NCBI RefSeq assembly: GCF_025526975.1
Contig: NW_026515668.1
Location: 2,170,001-2,234,000, forward strand
DNA length: 64,000 bases
Direction of reading: 5' to 3'
DNA from: Fimicolochytrium jonesii
Taxonomy: Eukaryota
Shown here: piece by piece, positions 1-13,484 of the stretch
Layout of the letters: every line of letters begins with the position of its first letter
Position numbering within the stretch: position 1 is the stretch's first letter
Notes under the pieces: model-generated
What the model saw: only the letters and a program-made list of their open reading frames with translations
Database searches by the model: none
Told to the model about the DNA's origin: nothing
Position numbers and translations under genes: made by a program

Positions 1-352
1 TTCAGCGCGGGAACGGGACGACGGAGAGGGAGAGGGAGAGGGAGGGGAGGAAGCCGAGTAGTGGGACTGTTATTGCGCGGGAGGTGTCAGGGGCGTTATC
101 GTTGGGTGGGAAGGATAGGTTGACTTGTTTTTTTTGTGAGCAGAGGGCGATATTGAAGACCGTCATGCAGGGTGGTCTAGAGTCGCCGTTGTCCGCGATA
201 TTGGGAGACGCGGTGATTATGAGGAAGGTGTGGGTTGCAAGGGAGTCCTATCTACAGCTACATACGAGAGTTGGGGGTGTCGGGAACGTGTCTATAGGCC
301 ATGGGTCCAGTCTCATCGCACCACTGCACGCCTAGTCTATATGATATCCCCT

Positions 353-3167
353 TTAAGCCCTCGTCCCAACACTCGCCACCAGCTCTGGGTTAATCTCATT
401 CAGAACCCTCAACGCATTCCTCGCACCCGTATCCGCAAACCCGCCCCTCGTCTGCACATTCGCCTCCCCGTCCCCACCACCACCAGAAGCAGTCGACCGC
501 GCCTTCCTCACAACCATCTCCGTCCTCTGATCGCCAAAATCAACCGGGAAGAGGCGGTGCAGGAACTCGTAGGATGCGAGGGTGACGCCGAACTGCGGGG
601 ACGAGCGGAACACTCGGGCGAGGCCGCCTTTGAAGAAGGCGCGCGGGCCTTCTTCGCGGAGGATCTTGCGGAAGGCGTCGGTTATGCCTGTGTAGGTGGT
701 CTCGCCTTTGCGGGCGGCGACTTGGAGCCGGGTTTTGATTACGTCGGCGGGGGTTACGAGGTAGGCGGCTGGCATGCCGGCGATTGCTCCGGCGGTTAGG
801 AGCTGGAAAGGACGAAATGAGCACTGGTCCCATAAAACACCGACCCTCAAGACCCCCCGACAAGAAGGGACCCACCTCAAAAGCCCCTAACCGTTTCCCC
901 TCAACGCCCTCATCAAACAATCCCTTCTTCAAATGCGCATACGTCGGGAAATAAATCGCCGAGAAGGGGATATCCCTCAACAAACACGCGCCGACGCCTC
1001 GGTACAGGCCCAAAAGGCCCAGCTGCCGCACGATCTGAAGCGCGCTGTACCGGGGTGTGGCTTCCGCGGCTGTTTTCGCGGCTTCGCCTTGAACTACGAA
1101 AAAAGAGAGAGCCGTGTCAGATGCAAGGGTAATGTTGCATGGGATTTTGCATTTTTGTGTTTACCTTGTAACCGAATCTTAACAATCTCCAACGGATTCG
1201 TAAACAGAACTTGGCTCCCTCCAGCGGTACACCCCGCGAGAATCTCGCCAGCGAGCGTGATTTCCCCCGTACGTTTGTCGCGGAGGTGCGAGCGGACGAG
1301 ATCGTTCATTGTTAACTTGATTGCTTTTTCGGGGGCGACTAACGAAAACAAAATTTTGAAATTAGAATTACTCTTTATGTGTGGGAACCAAAAAGAAAGC
1401 GAGATAATATGCGCACCTCCGACTAACTGCGGCAAAAGCCCGGAATATAGGCCCATGACACCCTCCCGTTTGATAACTTTTTGGAAGCAATCTATGCTGT
1501 TCTTGTATAGGAGTTGGGAGGTGGCGCTCGCTCGTTGGTTTTGCATTCGCGTTTTTACCAGATCTGCGGACAAAAGGTGTAAGAATCATCTGCCTTTCAT
1601 GTTCTGTTACGTCATACGAAACACCATACCTATGGGATACACAACGGTAGCACCGATAGCGCCAGCGATGGCACCGAGCGTGAAGTTATATATGCTCTTG
1701 AGCGCTTCCATGGCGGCGCTCAGCTGGACGACTTGCCGAGCGAGGTCGGTAACGTCGGAGTTCGTGGCGACGAAGGCGCTGGCGTGGTCGCGTATTGCTT
1801 GTGGGTCGGAGGCGTTGTAATTTGGGTCGAATAACCTGAGGGGAATCATTCAGTATATGGCCTGCAGACACTCGATGGTTCCGTTTCCTGACAAAGTAAC
1901 TCACCTCTCAAACGCAGCAATAGGCAGCCTCGTCGTCTCGGTATCAAAATCCCTCCCAGCAAGGTGGAAGAAAATGTCCACCTCCATCGGCGTCAACATA
2001 TTAAACCTCATCATTTGCGCCGCAGCCGCCTTGAAATCCGCCTTTGAGACACACGAATCCTTCGTCAGCGCCGCGGCCTTGCGCGTGATACGCTCCACCA
2101 TATCCATCTGCCTGATAACGTTATAGCACGCCCGCAGATTCGCAAAGGAAATGTTGTCGCCCGGGTACAGCTGGCTGAGGGATGGGAGGTGCTCGGTGAC
2201 GAAGGGGCTCAGTTTGTGTTTTGCGACATGGAGCATGATTTGTCGGAAGGCTTGGGGATCTATGTGTCCGCTGCCTTTGGAGTCGTAGTGCTTGAATTCC
2301 TGCTTCAGGCGCTCGGCTTGGTAGCCTTTGAGGAGTTGGGCGAACTCCTCGTATGAAATGTCGCGGGGCTTTTTTCCCACGAAGAGGGTGAACCATTCGC
2401 TGTTGAAGTCGGTCGCAACGGATTCGGTGCCCTGGATCGAGGACAATATCTGCTTAAACTGGTCGAAGGTGACTTTGCCGTCGCCATTTGTGTCGAATAA
2501 TCTGAAGGCGACTTCGAATTCGGCGTTGGGGCCTCGGACCACGTTTTGGAAGGATACGAAATCGCTTTCCGAAATCAAATCGCGTTTCCGCCTGTCGGCG
2601 ACTTTGAATAGCACCGATATGCCCTGCTCGCGTTTTGGCTGTTCGAACAAAAATTGGTAGATGTGCGATGGAATGAGCGTTGATGGATGATGAATGAACG
2701 AATATTCTGCTCGCAATAAAGACCGGGACCGTTCGTTGTCGCACACAATGGAAGACAGGGGCTCGCTTCGCTCGCCAAAATGGCATGATTGTTCGCTGTC
2801 CCCCATAAGTACTGCGCCTGCGGCACGGGACGCACTCCGGTCGCCCCCACTATACCGCTTGCGCTCCTAGACCGAACCACACGCCCTCGCTACACCGCTC
2901 GGGCGTCACTCTTACCTTTTGACCCTCAGTCAATGGCGTCATAGCCCTTGCAAAGTCCTTAATGTTCATGTACGTCTCCCCATCCTTCCTAATACTCGCA
3001 TACTGCCTAAAATAAGCACGAGCGTTGGCGAGACTCTCCTCGTCAAAGTGGGTGTCTGTGGCAAGATCGTGAGCGGCGTCTATTGATTCCTTTGCGGCTT
3101 TTGCTGCTGGGGCGGAGGAGGCGGAGGAGGCGGCCGAGGCGGAGGAGGAGGCTGAGAACCAGCCCAT
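353..3167 (-). CDS. AGC1: Mitochondrial aspartate/glutamate carrier with N-terminal EF-hands (aralar/citrin family, SLC25A12/13-like), multi-exon
   Basis: Spliced ORFs give an EF-hand ([17 protein letters not shown]) and three carrier repeats ([41 protein letters not shown]), plus [22 protein letters not shown] and [13 protein letters not shown] at 3167, TAA at 353. Confidence 0.95.
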
Positions 3168-4395
3168 TGTGAGGAGAGTGCGGTAGGTGGCGGGTGGTGG
3201 TGTGAGTTGGTGTTGGAGAAGGAAGGGCGACGAACGATGGTCGTGGGGAAACTGGCTTGGATCTTGTCAGGGGTCAGCGAAAAAGAAAGCACAGCAGTTG
3301 AGCGAGCTCGCGGGCCAGACCGGGTGGCCGTTTTGGGCAAGTCCGACGAGCGAGCGAGCGAGCGCAAGGTGAGGCGCGTCCGCATTCTTCGCAAAAATAA
3401 CGCCTCTTCTCGAACCACGTGTCCGGTGTGCCATGCGTGCGTGCTTGTCCAGAGAGAAACCGAGGGTTAGGGTTACGCGGTTTCCAGCCCCCACGCTGGA
3501 TATCTCTGGGCGCTGGCCATGTTAAAGAGCAAGCATCTGGTTTGCCGGGTTGATGAGATACAGGACTTGCCCTAGACTTGGGAGTTGCCGGGATGGATGC
3601 CCTTGGACGCAGGTGAGGGGAATTCTGTCGTATCGATGAAGCCTGGGGACTGACCGACAGCGGAAACCGAACGCCGAGGCAGAATCTTTTATATGCACAC
3701 AACCAGGAATGTCAACATCCACTGTCAATCCTATCTCGGAGTTATGCCGGGTGGGGCGTGTCCTGTCATTGTCTGCCGGTGTGGGTTACCGGCACGCAGC
3801 GCACCTCCTTAACGACGACGACGACGGGGATGTAGAAGCAGGGTATTCACTCGAACTGCGATCGTTTCTCTGGGATGTCTGCAAACGGCTTATAACGCGT
3901 CGTCCCCTTTCAGTTGCGGTGCTTCCCATTGTTCGCCACTGAATGCTTGGTTGGATCGTCTCGGAAAGCTACGTGTTCGGGTTTGGAAGCGATACATGGC
4001 AGACTAGCGTATATGTACGCCGTCGCATCTAAGCGGGCATTGGTTCCACGACGGCGAGAAGCGACATGTTCTCCTCAGGTATCGCTTGAGGCTCAGACTC
4101 CTGAGAGCAGCAGTAAAATGGGGGATGGTTTTACAGTTCGTTTCTGACAGGATGGTCGCGGTCAGTCCTAAGCGCCCTCCTCAGCCTCTCTCCCGCGCGT
4201 CATTTCGATCGATTCAACCCCCCGCCACGCCCGCAAAACAAACAGAACAAACTCAAAAACTGGCCCCAGGGACCCATTGCACTCTCGCTCGTCTCAGAGC
4301 TGCAAAACACACATCCGTCGTAGAGGAAGCTACCACCGGAACTGGGTCTGTAAGAACGCATCCCTACCGTACTCTCATCACAGACGACAACAACC

Positions 4396-6124
4396 ATGCC
4401 TGTCGCATACGGTGCCATCCCCTCCTCGGCATCGCCCCGACCCATCGCTCGCGGCCGACCAGACAGCGAAGCGCAAGCCGGGTTCATCTTTGGACCCCCG
4501 CCACCGACTTTGAAGTCGTCGCTTCGATTCGCTTTCCTTTCAAACTGGATCAATGTGCTACTGCCGTTTGCTCCGCTGGGAATCCTAGCTGGACTTTTGA
4601 AGTGGGATGGTGTCTTGGTCTTTGTGTTTAACTTTTTCGCTCTGTTGCCTATGGCGAAGCTGCTGGGAGTTGCTACCGAGGAGGTATGTTGGGAGTGGGA
4701 ATCGGGAAGGGTATTGGCATAGCGAGGTGTTGCGAACGAACAAGGAGGGCGACAGCGAGGGCGGAGCAGAGCGGACAAGCGGACAAGCGAAGCACGAGGG
4801 CGAGCATATGCATAGGAAGAAGAAGCTTTGCGGATGGGGAGTCAAAGGAGCTTGGTGCAATACTTCGACACTGGAGGCGCAGCAATTCTCCAGGGAGGAA
4901 TTACTTCGCAAGGTGCTCCGGCGCATTTTCACACTGGCACTCATATCCATCTACCATCCGTCCATCTCATAGCTCGCTTTACGAACATCGCAAACCATTG
5001 GAGGACTTCTCAATGCAACGTTCGGAAATGCGGTGGAGGCCATCGTTGGAATCATCGCGCTGAACCAGGGCCTGTTGAGTGTTGTGAAGGCTTCTTTGCT
5101 TGGAAGCATTCTCTCCAACTTGCTGCTCGTGCTGGGGGCTTCGTTCCTGGCCGGAGGACTGTATCACAAGAACCAAACCTTCAACGTCACTGGAGCGCAA
5201 ACTAGCGCTGCTTTGATGTCCATGTATGTATCGACTGATGATTGCGCTGAATCAGGATAAGCGCCTCTCAACTCACAGCCCGTTCACAGTGTCGTAATGG
5301 CCTTCGTTCTCCCAGCCGCATTCTCTTTCGCAGTCAACGACGCCGACAAACTTCTCTCCTTCTCCCGAGGCACAGCCGTCGTCCTCTTCATCATCTACGG
5401 CCTCTTCCTCCTGTTCCAACTGCGCACCCACCCGGAGCTCTTCGCCGATGAAGCCGCCGAAGAGGAAGAAGAACCCAACATGACCCTCCCGGCTTCGATC
5501 GCCCTCCTCATCGCCGTCACCCTTCTGGTTTCCCTCTGCGGTGAATACCTGGTCGGCTCGATAGAAGAGGTTACAGAAAAGTGGCACCTCAGCCAGGTCT
5601 TTGTGGGGCTGATTTTGCTGCCTATTGTTGGCAATGCTGCGGAGCATGTTACCGCCGTGACCGTTGCGATGAAGGATAAGATGGACCTTGTCATTGGTAT
5701 GGAAGAAAACCTCGTCATGAGTGGAAACGGGCGGAGAGAGGGAATTCGGAAGCATCCTCATAAACCACTATGATTTTCACATTCACCACAGGCGTCGCTA
5801 TTGGATCCTCCATGCAGATCGCCCTGCTCGTGACACCACTGTGTGTTATTTTTGGATGGATCATCGGGCAGCCTCTCAGCTTGGACTTTTCCGCCTTCGA
5901 AACGAGTGTGCTCTTCGTAAGTCCCGTTACCCTCACCACAAAGCTTCATGTTTCCCGCTTGATCATGAACTTATAAACCTTTTCTCTTCCAGGTCTCTGT
6001 GTTTGTCGTAAACAGCGTCATCCAAGACGGCCGCACAAATTGGCTGGAAGGTGCGATGCTCCTGGCCGCGTACGTCGTTGTCGGTATAGCGTTCTTTGTT
6101 ATGCCAGCCCAGACAATGCCGTAG
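4396..6124 (+). CDS. VCX1: Vacuolar Ca2+/H+ exchanger (CAX/CaCA family), multi-exon
   Basis: Exons encode [52 protein letters not shown] and [13 protein letters not shown], with the acidic linker [14 protein letters not shown] introns, e.g. from 4684. TAG ends at 6124. Confidence 0.95.
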
Positions 6125-6448
6125 TTCATCTCGATAGTTAGCCTAGCGCTTGTGAACAATGGATGATGAGGAACAAATCCCTTTTGTTTTGGGTTCTCTG
6201 TCCTCAAGTTTCCGTATGCCCTGTATATATGAAATACTACACATCGGATCTGAAACTCGTATTACTATGCCTAGTAGCCGCTGGAAGAATCGTGACGGTG
6301 TTTGTTCGTAGATAGTCCGCAACCACAATATCAATCATATTATGGCCTTTTAGCTGCCACATGTATTAGAATATGTGCCAAAACCGTCCAAAAAAAAATC
6401 ATTATACAAGAAACACCCCTAAATGACCGCATCAGAGTCCCAAGTGGT

Positions 6449-9400
6449 TCAGAACAACCCTGCTTTCTTCTTAAGGTCCGTCTGCTTCCACGCCGGATAT
6501 GAGCTAAATGTGTCCCGATCAATATTGAAATGCTTCACAAAGTCCTGCGTCGACAGATACGTCTCCACCCGCATCGGGTCCACCCCGAACGGGAGGTGGT
6601 CTTTTTGCTTCAGCACCTCCATCGAGTATGTCGCGGTGTTGAACCGCTGCAACAACGCTGAGGCTGACTCTACGGTCGTTGTTGCGGCGCCGCCGTCCGC
6701 TGTAGGGGAATTGCCCTTCTCAGGCGACGCAGGCCGCTTCCACAGTTCGTTGGTCTTATTCTTCCTCCGCAGCTTGTTCAAGAACCCGCCCTTTGTCTGC
6801 GCGGCAGCGGCAGATGTGTCTTGCTGGCCCTCATCCTCCATATACGCATCAAATGCGCAGAACGCGGCCTTGAACCCTGCCGGCTCCGACCCGGGCCCGA
6901 CAACCCACACCTTCTCGGCCGTGAGCGCCCGCTGCGGCTGCCGTTGCCCCGCTACCTCTGCGTATTCCAGCGCCGTCTCTAATGCAAGTTTGACGTCGCG
7001 GAAGTTGGTGCGGGCTTCTGCGCCGATCCATAGGAAGACTTCAAAGAACGCGTCGATGATGAAGAGTCCCGTTTGTTGCAGGTCGGTGGGCACGTACGGG
7101 TCAAATTCCTCGGCGGTTGGGTTTCCGTGTACGAGATGCGAGATGCGGAAGAGTCGGGTAGTGTATATGCCTTCCAAGGAAGACTTGACGGTGCGGAGAT
7201 ACGCTGGTGATGATTGCTTAACGGCCGCGTCGGCGCCGGGAAGGACCTTGTTGAGGCTTTTGTTCTCCTGTCCTTCCTGGGTTTCCGATATGGCGCTGGG
7301 TTTCAGGTGGAGTGAGACTTGGATGCGTTCGGCGACCTTGCGAGCGTACTCTTTCGTGAAACTGAAGCTGCCCAACCCATGCCATACGAAAATCTTGTCT
7401 TTGCTCAAAATGACGAAACTGTCCGCTGAGTTGAGTGACGATGGTGCCCATACGTTCTCCGCCACTCTTATGATCTTCTTGCTGACACCTCGAATATGGA
7501 AAAGGCTGCGCTCGCCCCATAAGTGTCCAGCGGAACGTATCCCGCGTCGAACTACCATGGTGGGGAATATCGACAGAAGGTGCTCAGGTTCTTGGCCTTC
7601 GGGAGCTCTGATGAGCTTCGCGTTGTATTTCTTCTCGAGATCGGTCGCCATATAAGCCACGGCGCCTTGATCGGTACTTCTGCATCCGCTCCCGATCCAG
7701 TAATACGCAATCGCAGCTTCCTTCTCGTTACCTTCACGACCCGTCTTGTGCCGATACAGCAAGAGGTAACTCTCGTCCGAGAAGAACACGCCTTCTTCCG
7801 CTGATGAAAGCAACTCATTCTGTGCAGGGTCGTCAATTTTCGCCACCCAGACCTTCATTTCAAGGCGCCCGCGATCGAACTGCGCTTTCGCAGGACCTCC
7901 CGGATCATCTTCCAGCGGTGTTTTCTCGTTCGCTGGCGGTGGCGGTGGGAGCAGCATCCTCAGAACATCTATCGAGTCTTTTTTCTTCACGTCCGTCCCG
8001 CCACGGTCGTACACGTAGCGTGACTTGTCCTTGGCGACCACATTCGTCTGCTTGCGGACCTCTAGACTGACGTCCTTCTCTGGCCAGTCGATGAAGCGCT
8101 CGCGGAACAGCGTCCGCTCGACCGCCTCGCGTTCTGTGAAGACCTTGACGTCTGCCGGACGACCAGCCTGATTTGTCAATGACTGGGCATACGCTTGCAT
8201 CTTGCATGCATCTTCGTCTCTGCTTCCTCGGCCAATCCACACGTAGATGTCGTTGAAGCAATCCAACACGTGGCAATGCCCACTCTGTATCGATTTGAAC
8301 GACAGCGGCTTGCTGACGGGTATCTCTTCCAGCGCGCTGCCATTCTCATTCCATCCAAATAGATGTGTCCGCTCATCGATCGACCTCTCATGTTCTGCGT
8401 CATCACCGCCTTCTTTCGCGTCCAAAATGCCAACAGGCGCCACGCCATTCGCACACCCCAAAGCCTCCCAGAATGCTGTCCACTGCGCGCCATCGCTGTT
8501 CTCATCTAGATCGACCAGCTCGGCTTTTCGGATCCAGTCTTTGTCCAGCAGCTTCAGCGCCACCTCCTTGGCTTTCGCCCGCTTGACCTTTCCGCTATCT
8601 TTGCCTTTCCACATGTATATCGTCCCCTGGACGCCTCCGATGGTGGCTTGCTGCAGCCTCGGCATAACCAGAATGAACACGTCTCCGTGGTTCAGCGCGT
8701 CGGCTCGTACAGTCGGAAGACGCGTGACGTAGATTTTCCGCTTTCCTTTAACGAGATACAATGTGGGTGCAGAGATAGTCTCTGGGAGGGTCGATACCCT
8801 CTTGAGCTGCACAGACGATGCGCTTGCAATACCCCACGCGCTGTTGTTACTGATATTCCGTTCCGGTATTTCCGGGGCAGTCGCTGAGGTCGCAGTCGTC
8901 GCACTTTGCGAAATAGGTGAAGACGCTTCCCTACTTGAGCTCCGAACAGGGCTTGGCGGGGCCGGAGTGTTCACTGCGATCTGTGGGACGTTGTTGGCGC
9001 CAGCCGTGAGAGCGGGATGTGTCCGCTCGTCTGCGTCCTCTTTCCCCATATCGTATCGAGGCGTTGTGAAACTCATGGCAGTGGTGGGTGTATCATTCTG
9101 CGGGATGGGTTGTACATCTACATGCCCTACCTGACCTGGCATCGACCCCTTCTCGGTGCCCCGCTTTTTGAGATGGTTTGCCGAGGGCGGTCGGTTTGGT
9201 ACTTTGACCCGCAAACGTACCGTAAGTCTTGGAGCATTTCTTTCGATAGAATGTGCAACGGACGTCTTCGTTGTGCTTTCTGCAGGAGGGAGAGCTGGTG
9301 TGGGTGCCTCACTTTCAACTGTTTTCGAGTCCTCCGTCCCTGGCGATTGAGAAAACTCGTCCGTCTGAGTCTCTGGGCTACGATCTGCAAGCTCTTCGCC

Positions 9401-11563
9401 TGCGTGCTCCTGCGGCTCATGACTTGCAGTCTCCACGATTGGCTCGGAGGGGATGATTCCCTCAGAAGTGGCATTTTCGCGGTCTTCTGTGGGAGATGTG
9501 GGCTGGATGGGGTTTGCCGATGCATCTTGTTCATTACTAGGCCCTGCTTTCTGGAGTTCAGATTCCGCAAAGGTCTCTGCCGTTTGCATAGGGCCATCTG
9601 TCTCGACTTCCATCTCAGAGCTGCTGTGGTACCCCAGTGCAACTCCTTCAATGGGCTTAGGGACCCTTTCTGAAGAAGGGATACTTTCGCGGCGGCTTGC
9701 ATCAGTCATATCCCCACGGTCCGTGGGTCGTGACTTCTGATCGTCTGTATCTTTCATTTGGGGTTCAGACTCAACGGCAGCATCCAACGCAAAGTCAACA
9801 TGATCATCGGACGATCTTCCTTCCGTTTGAGAGATGTCCGTTAACCCCTCACGAGCAGATGCACCCTCATCACGCTCCGTACGAGCCGAGTCCACCGCTT
9901 CCCAATGTGCTTCCAAAGCAGTAAGACCAGGTACCGTGCCTGTTCTCAGTGGTGGCATCTCCATCGCCCCAACTGAGCTCAACACCTCCAAGCTCGGGAA
10001 TTTATCTAGCCCCAGCGGGGACGCATCCAGTGCAGTTACGTCTGCATCGAGTGGAGGTACTCCGTCTGACAGGTGTGACGTCTCCTCTGGAAGGATTGAG
10101 TGCGGTGCATCCGATGCTGGAGGTGATGACTCCAGGTGTGCAGGTACTTCTTCCGTGCTTCCAAAGATCATTGATGGGGATACATCCGCTGCTTTCACTG
10201 CATCGGGCGGGATTTCGACCATTGAGGACCTGAGAGACGATGTGGAACTTTCCTCCCTGGTTGGATATGTTTCCCGATCATTCCTTATGGGCTGCGAAAC
10301 CTCATCAGGATATGCACTCGCAGCTTGATGTGGTTTTTGAAGGTTATGAGAGATATCAGCTTGCACTGACTCTGTTCGAGTTTCTGGATGTGATGCTTCT
10401 GCTGTGTTTGTAGGCGGAAGAGAAGGCGTTGGCGGTGCCTGCCCGGCGGACAGCTCAGTTTCCGAACTTTCCGTCTCCATGCACAAGTTTCTACATTCGG
10501 AGTCGAGCTCACGGATGTCTTTCTTCCGCGGTGACCTTTCTCGTGGGGCTGTCGACGGAGGCGGTTGAGGTTGGAAGCCTCTCCCTCGAAGTTCCTGTGA
10601 CAGCTTCGTTGGATTGTCCTTGCCTGCCAATGGACGGGATTCCTCCATCCAGTTGTCTTTCGGTAATACCGATCTGTGAGGTGCCTCAATCGAAGGTTGC
10701 ACATCGTCCTCCGCGTGGTCTCCAGCAAACTCCTCCTCAATCTCTTTCGCAAGTTGTTCAGCGATGGCAGCTTGCCTCCGTTTCACCTCCTCCTCCGCTT
10801 TCTGACGCGCCAATTTCCGCATTCGCCGCTCGTCCTGGAAAGACCGCAAGTCCTCCGCTGCTTGCTCGGATTCTTTGATTCCAGTCTCGTGAAAGAAAGT
10901 CCTGCTTCCATACTGGGAAAGAGGACTCGAACTTCCACCGCCGAGGTAGGGCCTCGAATGCCTCTGCAGACCAGCAAGTGATCGCTGGACTCCTGCAGTT
11001 AGCGGTGCGGCTGATAGCGGCGATGGTGATAGGATACCTGGTTGCTCATGAATCGATCCAGATCTAGAAGGTTGAGTGGACCCTATTCTTGATGCTGCTC
11101 GAGAATTGCGTGCAGAATGCACCTCCTTCTCCCTCCGTTCAAGATCCTGCTGCTCCCGCCGCACCGTGTCCCGTTCGATCTTGACCCGTCTAGCGCGTAT
11201 CTTTTCGAAAAGGGCATCCTCCTTCTTCAGCCTCTTCAAATATATCTCCTTCCGCAACTTCCAATCCAGCGACGTGTGTTCCATCTTCTGATCGTGCTCG
11301 TTAAGCTCGCGAATAAGATTCGCGCGTTTCAGATCATATCGCTCTTTCGAACGCGGGGTCATGGACCCGGGCGTCATGGTGTAGTCATCGTACAAATCAG
11401 AGCGAGAGCCACCTGCAGAGCTCAAGGCGGAAAGCAATGGATCTGGGGTGCTGCTGTCGCTTCGCCTTGGGGTATATGCGCCTCCACGAATGGAGCTTGC
11501 TGCGCTGCCGGCGGTGCTTACTCTGAGGGTAGGAATCGCTCGTTCGATGGGAACGTCCGACAT
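6449..11563 (-). CDS. Villin/supervillin-like gelsolin-family actin-binding protein with C-terminal headpiece, apparently single exon
   Basis: About 1700-aa ORF. Gelsolin repeats (LNHGDVFIL, IYMWKGK, HVLDCFNDIYVWIG, FFSDESYLLLY, SSLNSADSFVIL, FIIDAFFEVFLWIG) and a villin headpiece end (FSSYPAWKQTDLKKKAGLF). First ATG at 11563; the ORF track starts at GTG 11599. Confidence 0.9.
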   Translation of the reverse strand: MSDVPIERAIPTLRVSTAGSAASSIRGGAYTPRRSDSSTPDPLLSALSSAGGSRSDLYDDYTMTPGSMTPRSKERYDLKRANLIRELNEHDQKMEHTSLDWKLRKEIYLKRLKKEDALFEKIRARRVKIERDTVRREQQDLERREKEVHSARNSRAASRIGSTQPSRSGSIHEQPGILSPSPLSAAPLTAGVQRSLAGLQRHSRPYLGGGSSSPLSQYGSRTFFHETGIKESEQAAEDLRSFQDERRMRKLARQKAEEEVKRRQAAIAEQLAKEIEEEFAGDHAEDDVQPSIEAPHRSVLPKDNWMEESRPLAGKDNPTKLSQELRGRGFQPQPPPSTAPRERSPRKKDIRELDSECRNLCMETESSETELSAGQAPPTPSLPPTNTAEASHPETRTESVQADISHNLQKPHQAASAYPDEVSQPIRNDRETYPTREESSTSSLRSSMVEIPPDAVKAADVSPSMIFGSTEEVPAHLESSPPASDAPHSILPEETSHLSDGVPPLDADVTALDASPLGLDKFPSLEVLSSVGAMEMPPLRTGTVPGLTALEAHWEAVDSARTERDEGASAREGLTDISQTEGRSSDDHVDFALDAAVESEPQMKDTDDQKSRPTDRGDMTDASRRESIPSSERVPKPIEGVALGYHSSSEMEVETDGPMQTAETFAESELQKAGPSNEQDASANPIQPTSPTEDRENATSEGIIPSEPIVETASHEPQEHAGEELADRSPETQTDEFSQSPGTEDSKTVESEAPTPALPPAESTTKTSVAHSIERNAPRLTVRLRVKVPNRPPSANHLKKRGTEKGSMPGQVGHVDVQPIPQNDTPTTAMSFTTPRYDMGKEDADERTHPALTAGANNVPQIAVNTPAPPSPVRSSSREASSPISQSATTATSATAPEIPERNISNNSAWGIASASSVQLKRVSTLPETISAPTLYLVKGKRKIYVTRLPTVRADALNHGDVFILVMPRLQQATIGGVQGTIYMWKGKDSGKVKRAKAKEVALKLLDKDWIRKAELVDLDENSDGAQWTAFWEALGCANGVAPVGILDAKEGGDDAEHERSIDERTHLFGWNENGSALEEIPVSKPLSFKSIQSGHCHVLDCFNDIYVWIGRGSRDEDACKMQAYAQSLTNQAGRPADVKVFTEREAVERTLFRERFIDWPEKDVSLEVRKQTNVVAKDKSRYVYDRGGTDVKKKDSIDVLRMLLPPPPPANEKTPLEDDPGGPAKAQFDRGRLEMKVWVAKIDDPAQNELLSSAEEGVFFSDESYLLLYRHKTGREGNEKEAAIAYYWIGSGCRSTDQGAVAYMATDLEKKYNAKLIRAPEGQEPEHLLSIFPTMVVRRGIRSAGHLWGERSLFHIRGVSKKIIRVAENVWAPSSLNSADSFVILSKDKIFVWHGLGSFSFTKEYARKVAERIQVSLHLKPSAISETQEGQENKSLNKVLPGADAAVKQSSPAYLRTVKSSLEGIYTTRLFRISHLVHGNPTAEEFDPYVPTDLQQTGLFIIDAFFEVFLWIGAEARTNFRDVKLALETALEYAEVAGQRQPQRALTAEKVWVVGPGSEPAGFKAAFCAFDAYMEDEGQQDTSAAAAQTKGGFLNKLRRKNKTNELWKRPASPEKGNSPTADGGAATTTVESASALLQRFNTATYSMEVLKQKDHLPFGVDPMRVETYLSTQDFVKHFNIDRDTFSSYPAWKQTDLKKKAGLF

Positions 11564-12389
11564 TGTGCTCGGCCAACGTGTGTAGCAGGCACACCACACA
11601 CCACTCCAACGCTATGCAGTCGCCGGACTGTGGATGGACTCTGTGAACACTGAAATTTCGGGGGCGATCTTCAGGCCGTTTTTTGCCAATATGTCGTCAA
11701 GCCTCCTCCCCTCGGTGACAAGATTCAAGGGGCGCTCCGGTTACCGGAACCATGCGCGTCTGCTGCTTTGAGCTATCCGTTTCCGAGTCTCTGTCGTTGG
11801 TAACTCGCTTGTGTGTGGGATTATATATATAGTATGACTTTCACGTTTCAACGCTGGAGTGGTTGTGGGGCCAAGGCCTTGCAAACTTCAGAAGACGAAA
11901 GAAACGCGTGGGCATCCTGTTCGCGCTGACCTCACGCGTAAAACGACGCTTGAGGAAAGGGCGTTTTCGTGCTCAGAGGCAGGATTAGGTACCATATATA
12001 AACGTACAGCTGAACCAGCTTCGCATGCTTTTATTGGGAACCCCCTCAGCGAATGCATATAGCTTTGAACTCCGTCTAGCCGCATAGTTCAAACCAAGCT
12101 CTCACGATAGCTTTGTCGTCCTCCCCGCAGTGCCGTCCACCCTCCCGGGCGTCCCGACTCCACCTAATCCCCGAACCTTCCTAAAAATTTTGCGTATGCC
12201 CTTTGATCTACGGATTCCAAATATAAACTCGACAATGTTTGCGAGTTCGCAGGTGACAACCTGCGTCAACTTGGCAGTCGGATGTATGAAGGCATCGGTT
12301 TTGTTTGTAGCAGTAGCAGTATGTAGATCCACAGAAGTGCAACTGTATTGATAGCGGATCGGGAAGAGACCATGCTCGAGACGTAATTA

Positions 12390-13484
<1,095 letters not shown>

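Noticed and set aside
20..50. (GGAGAG)n tract and short ORFs at the window start
   Set aside because: Simple microsatellite, and no gene could be supported from the visible sequence.
2547..2560. U12-type 5' splice site GTATCCTT on the minus strand
   Set aside because: It lies within an open AGC1 exon (FVSFQN) and no intron is needed there.
3462..3476. Telomere-like GGGTTAGGGTTA
   Set aside because: Only two units, expected by chance.
6423..7655. 410-aa plus-strand ORF
   Set aside because: Antisense shadow of the villin-like gene with no recognisable motifs.
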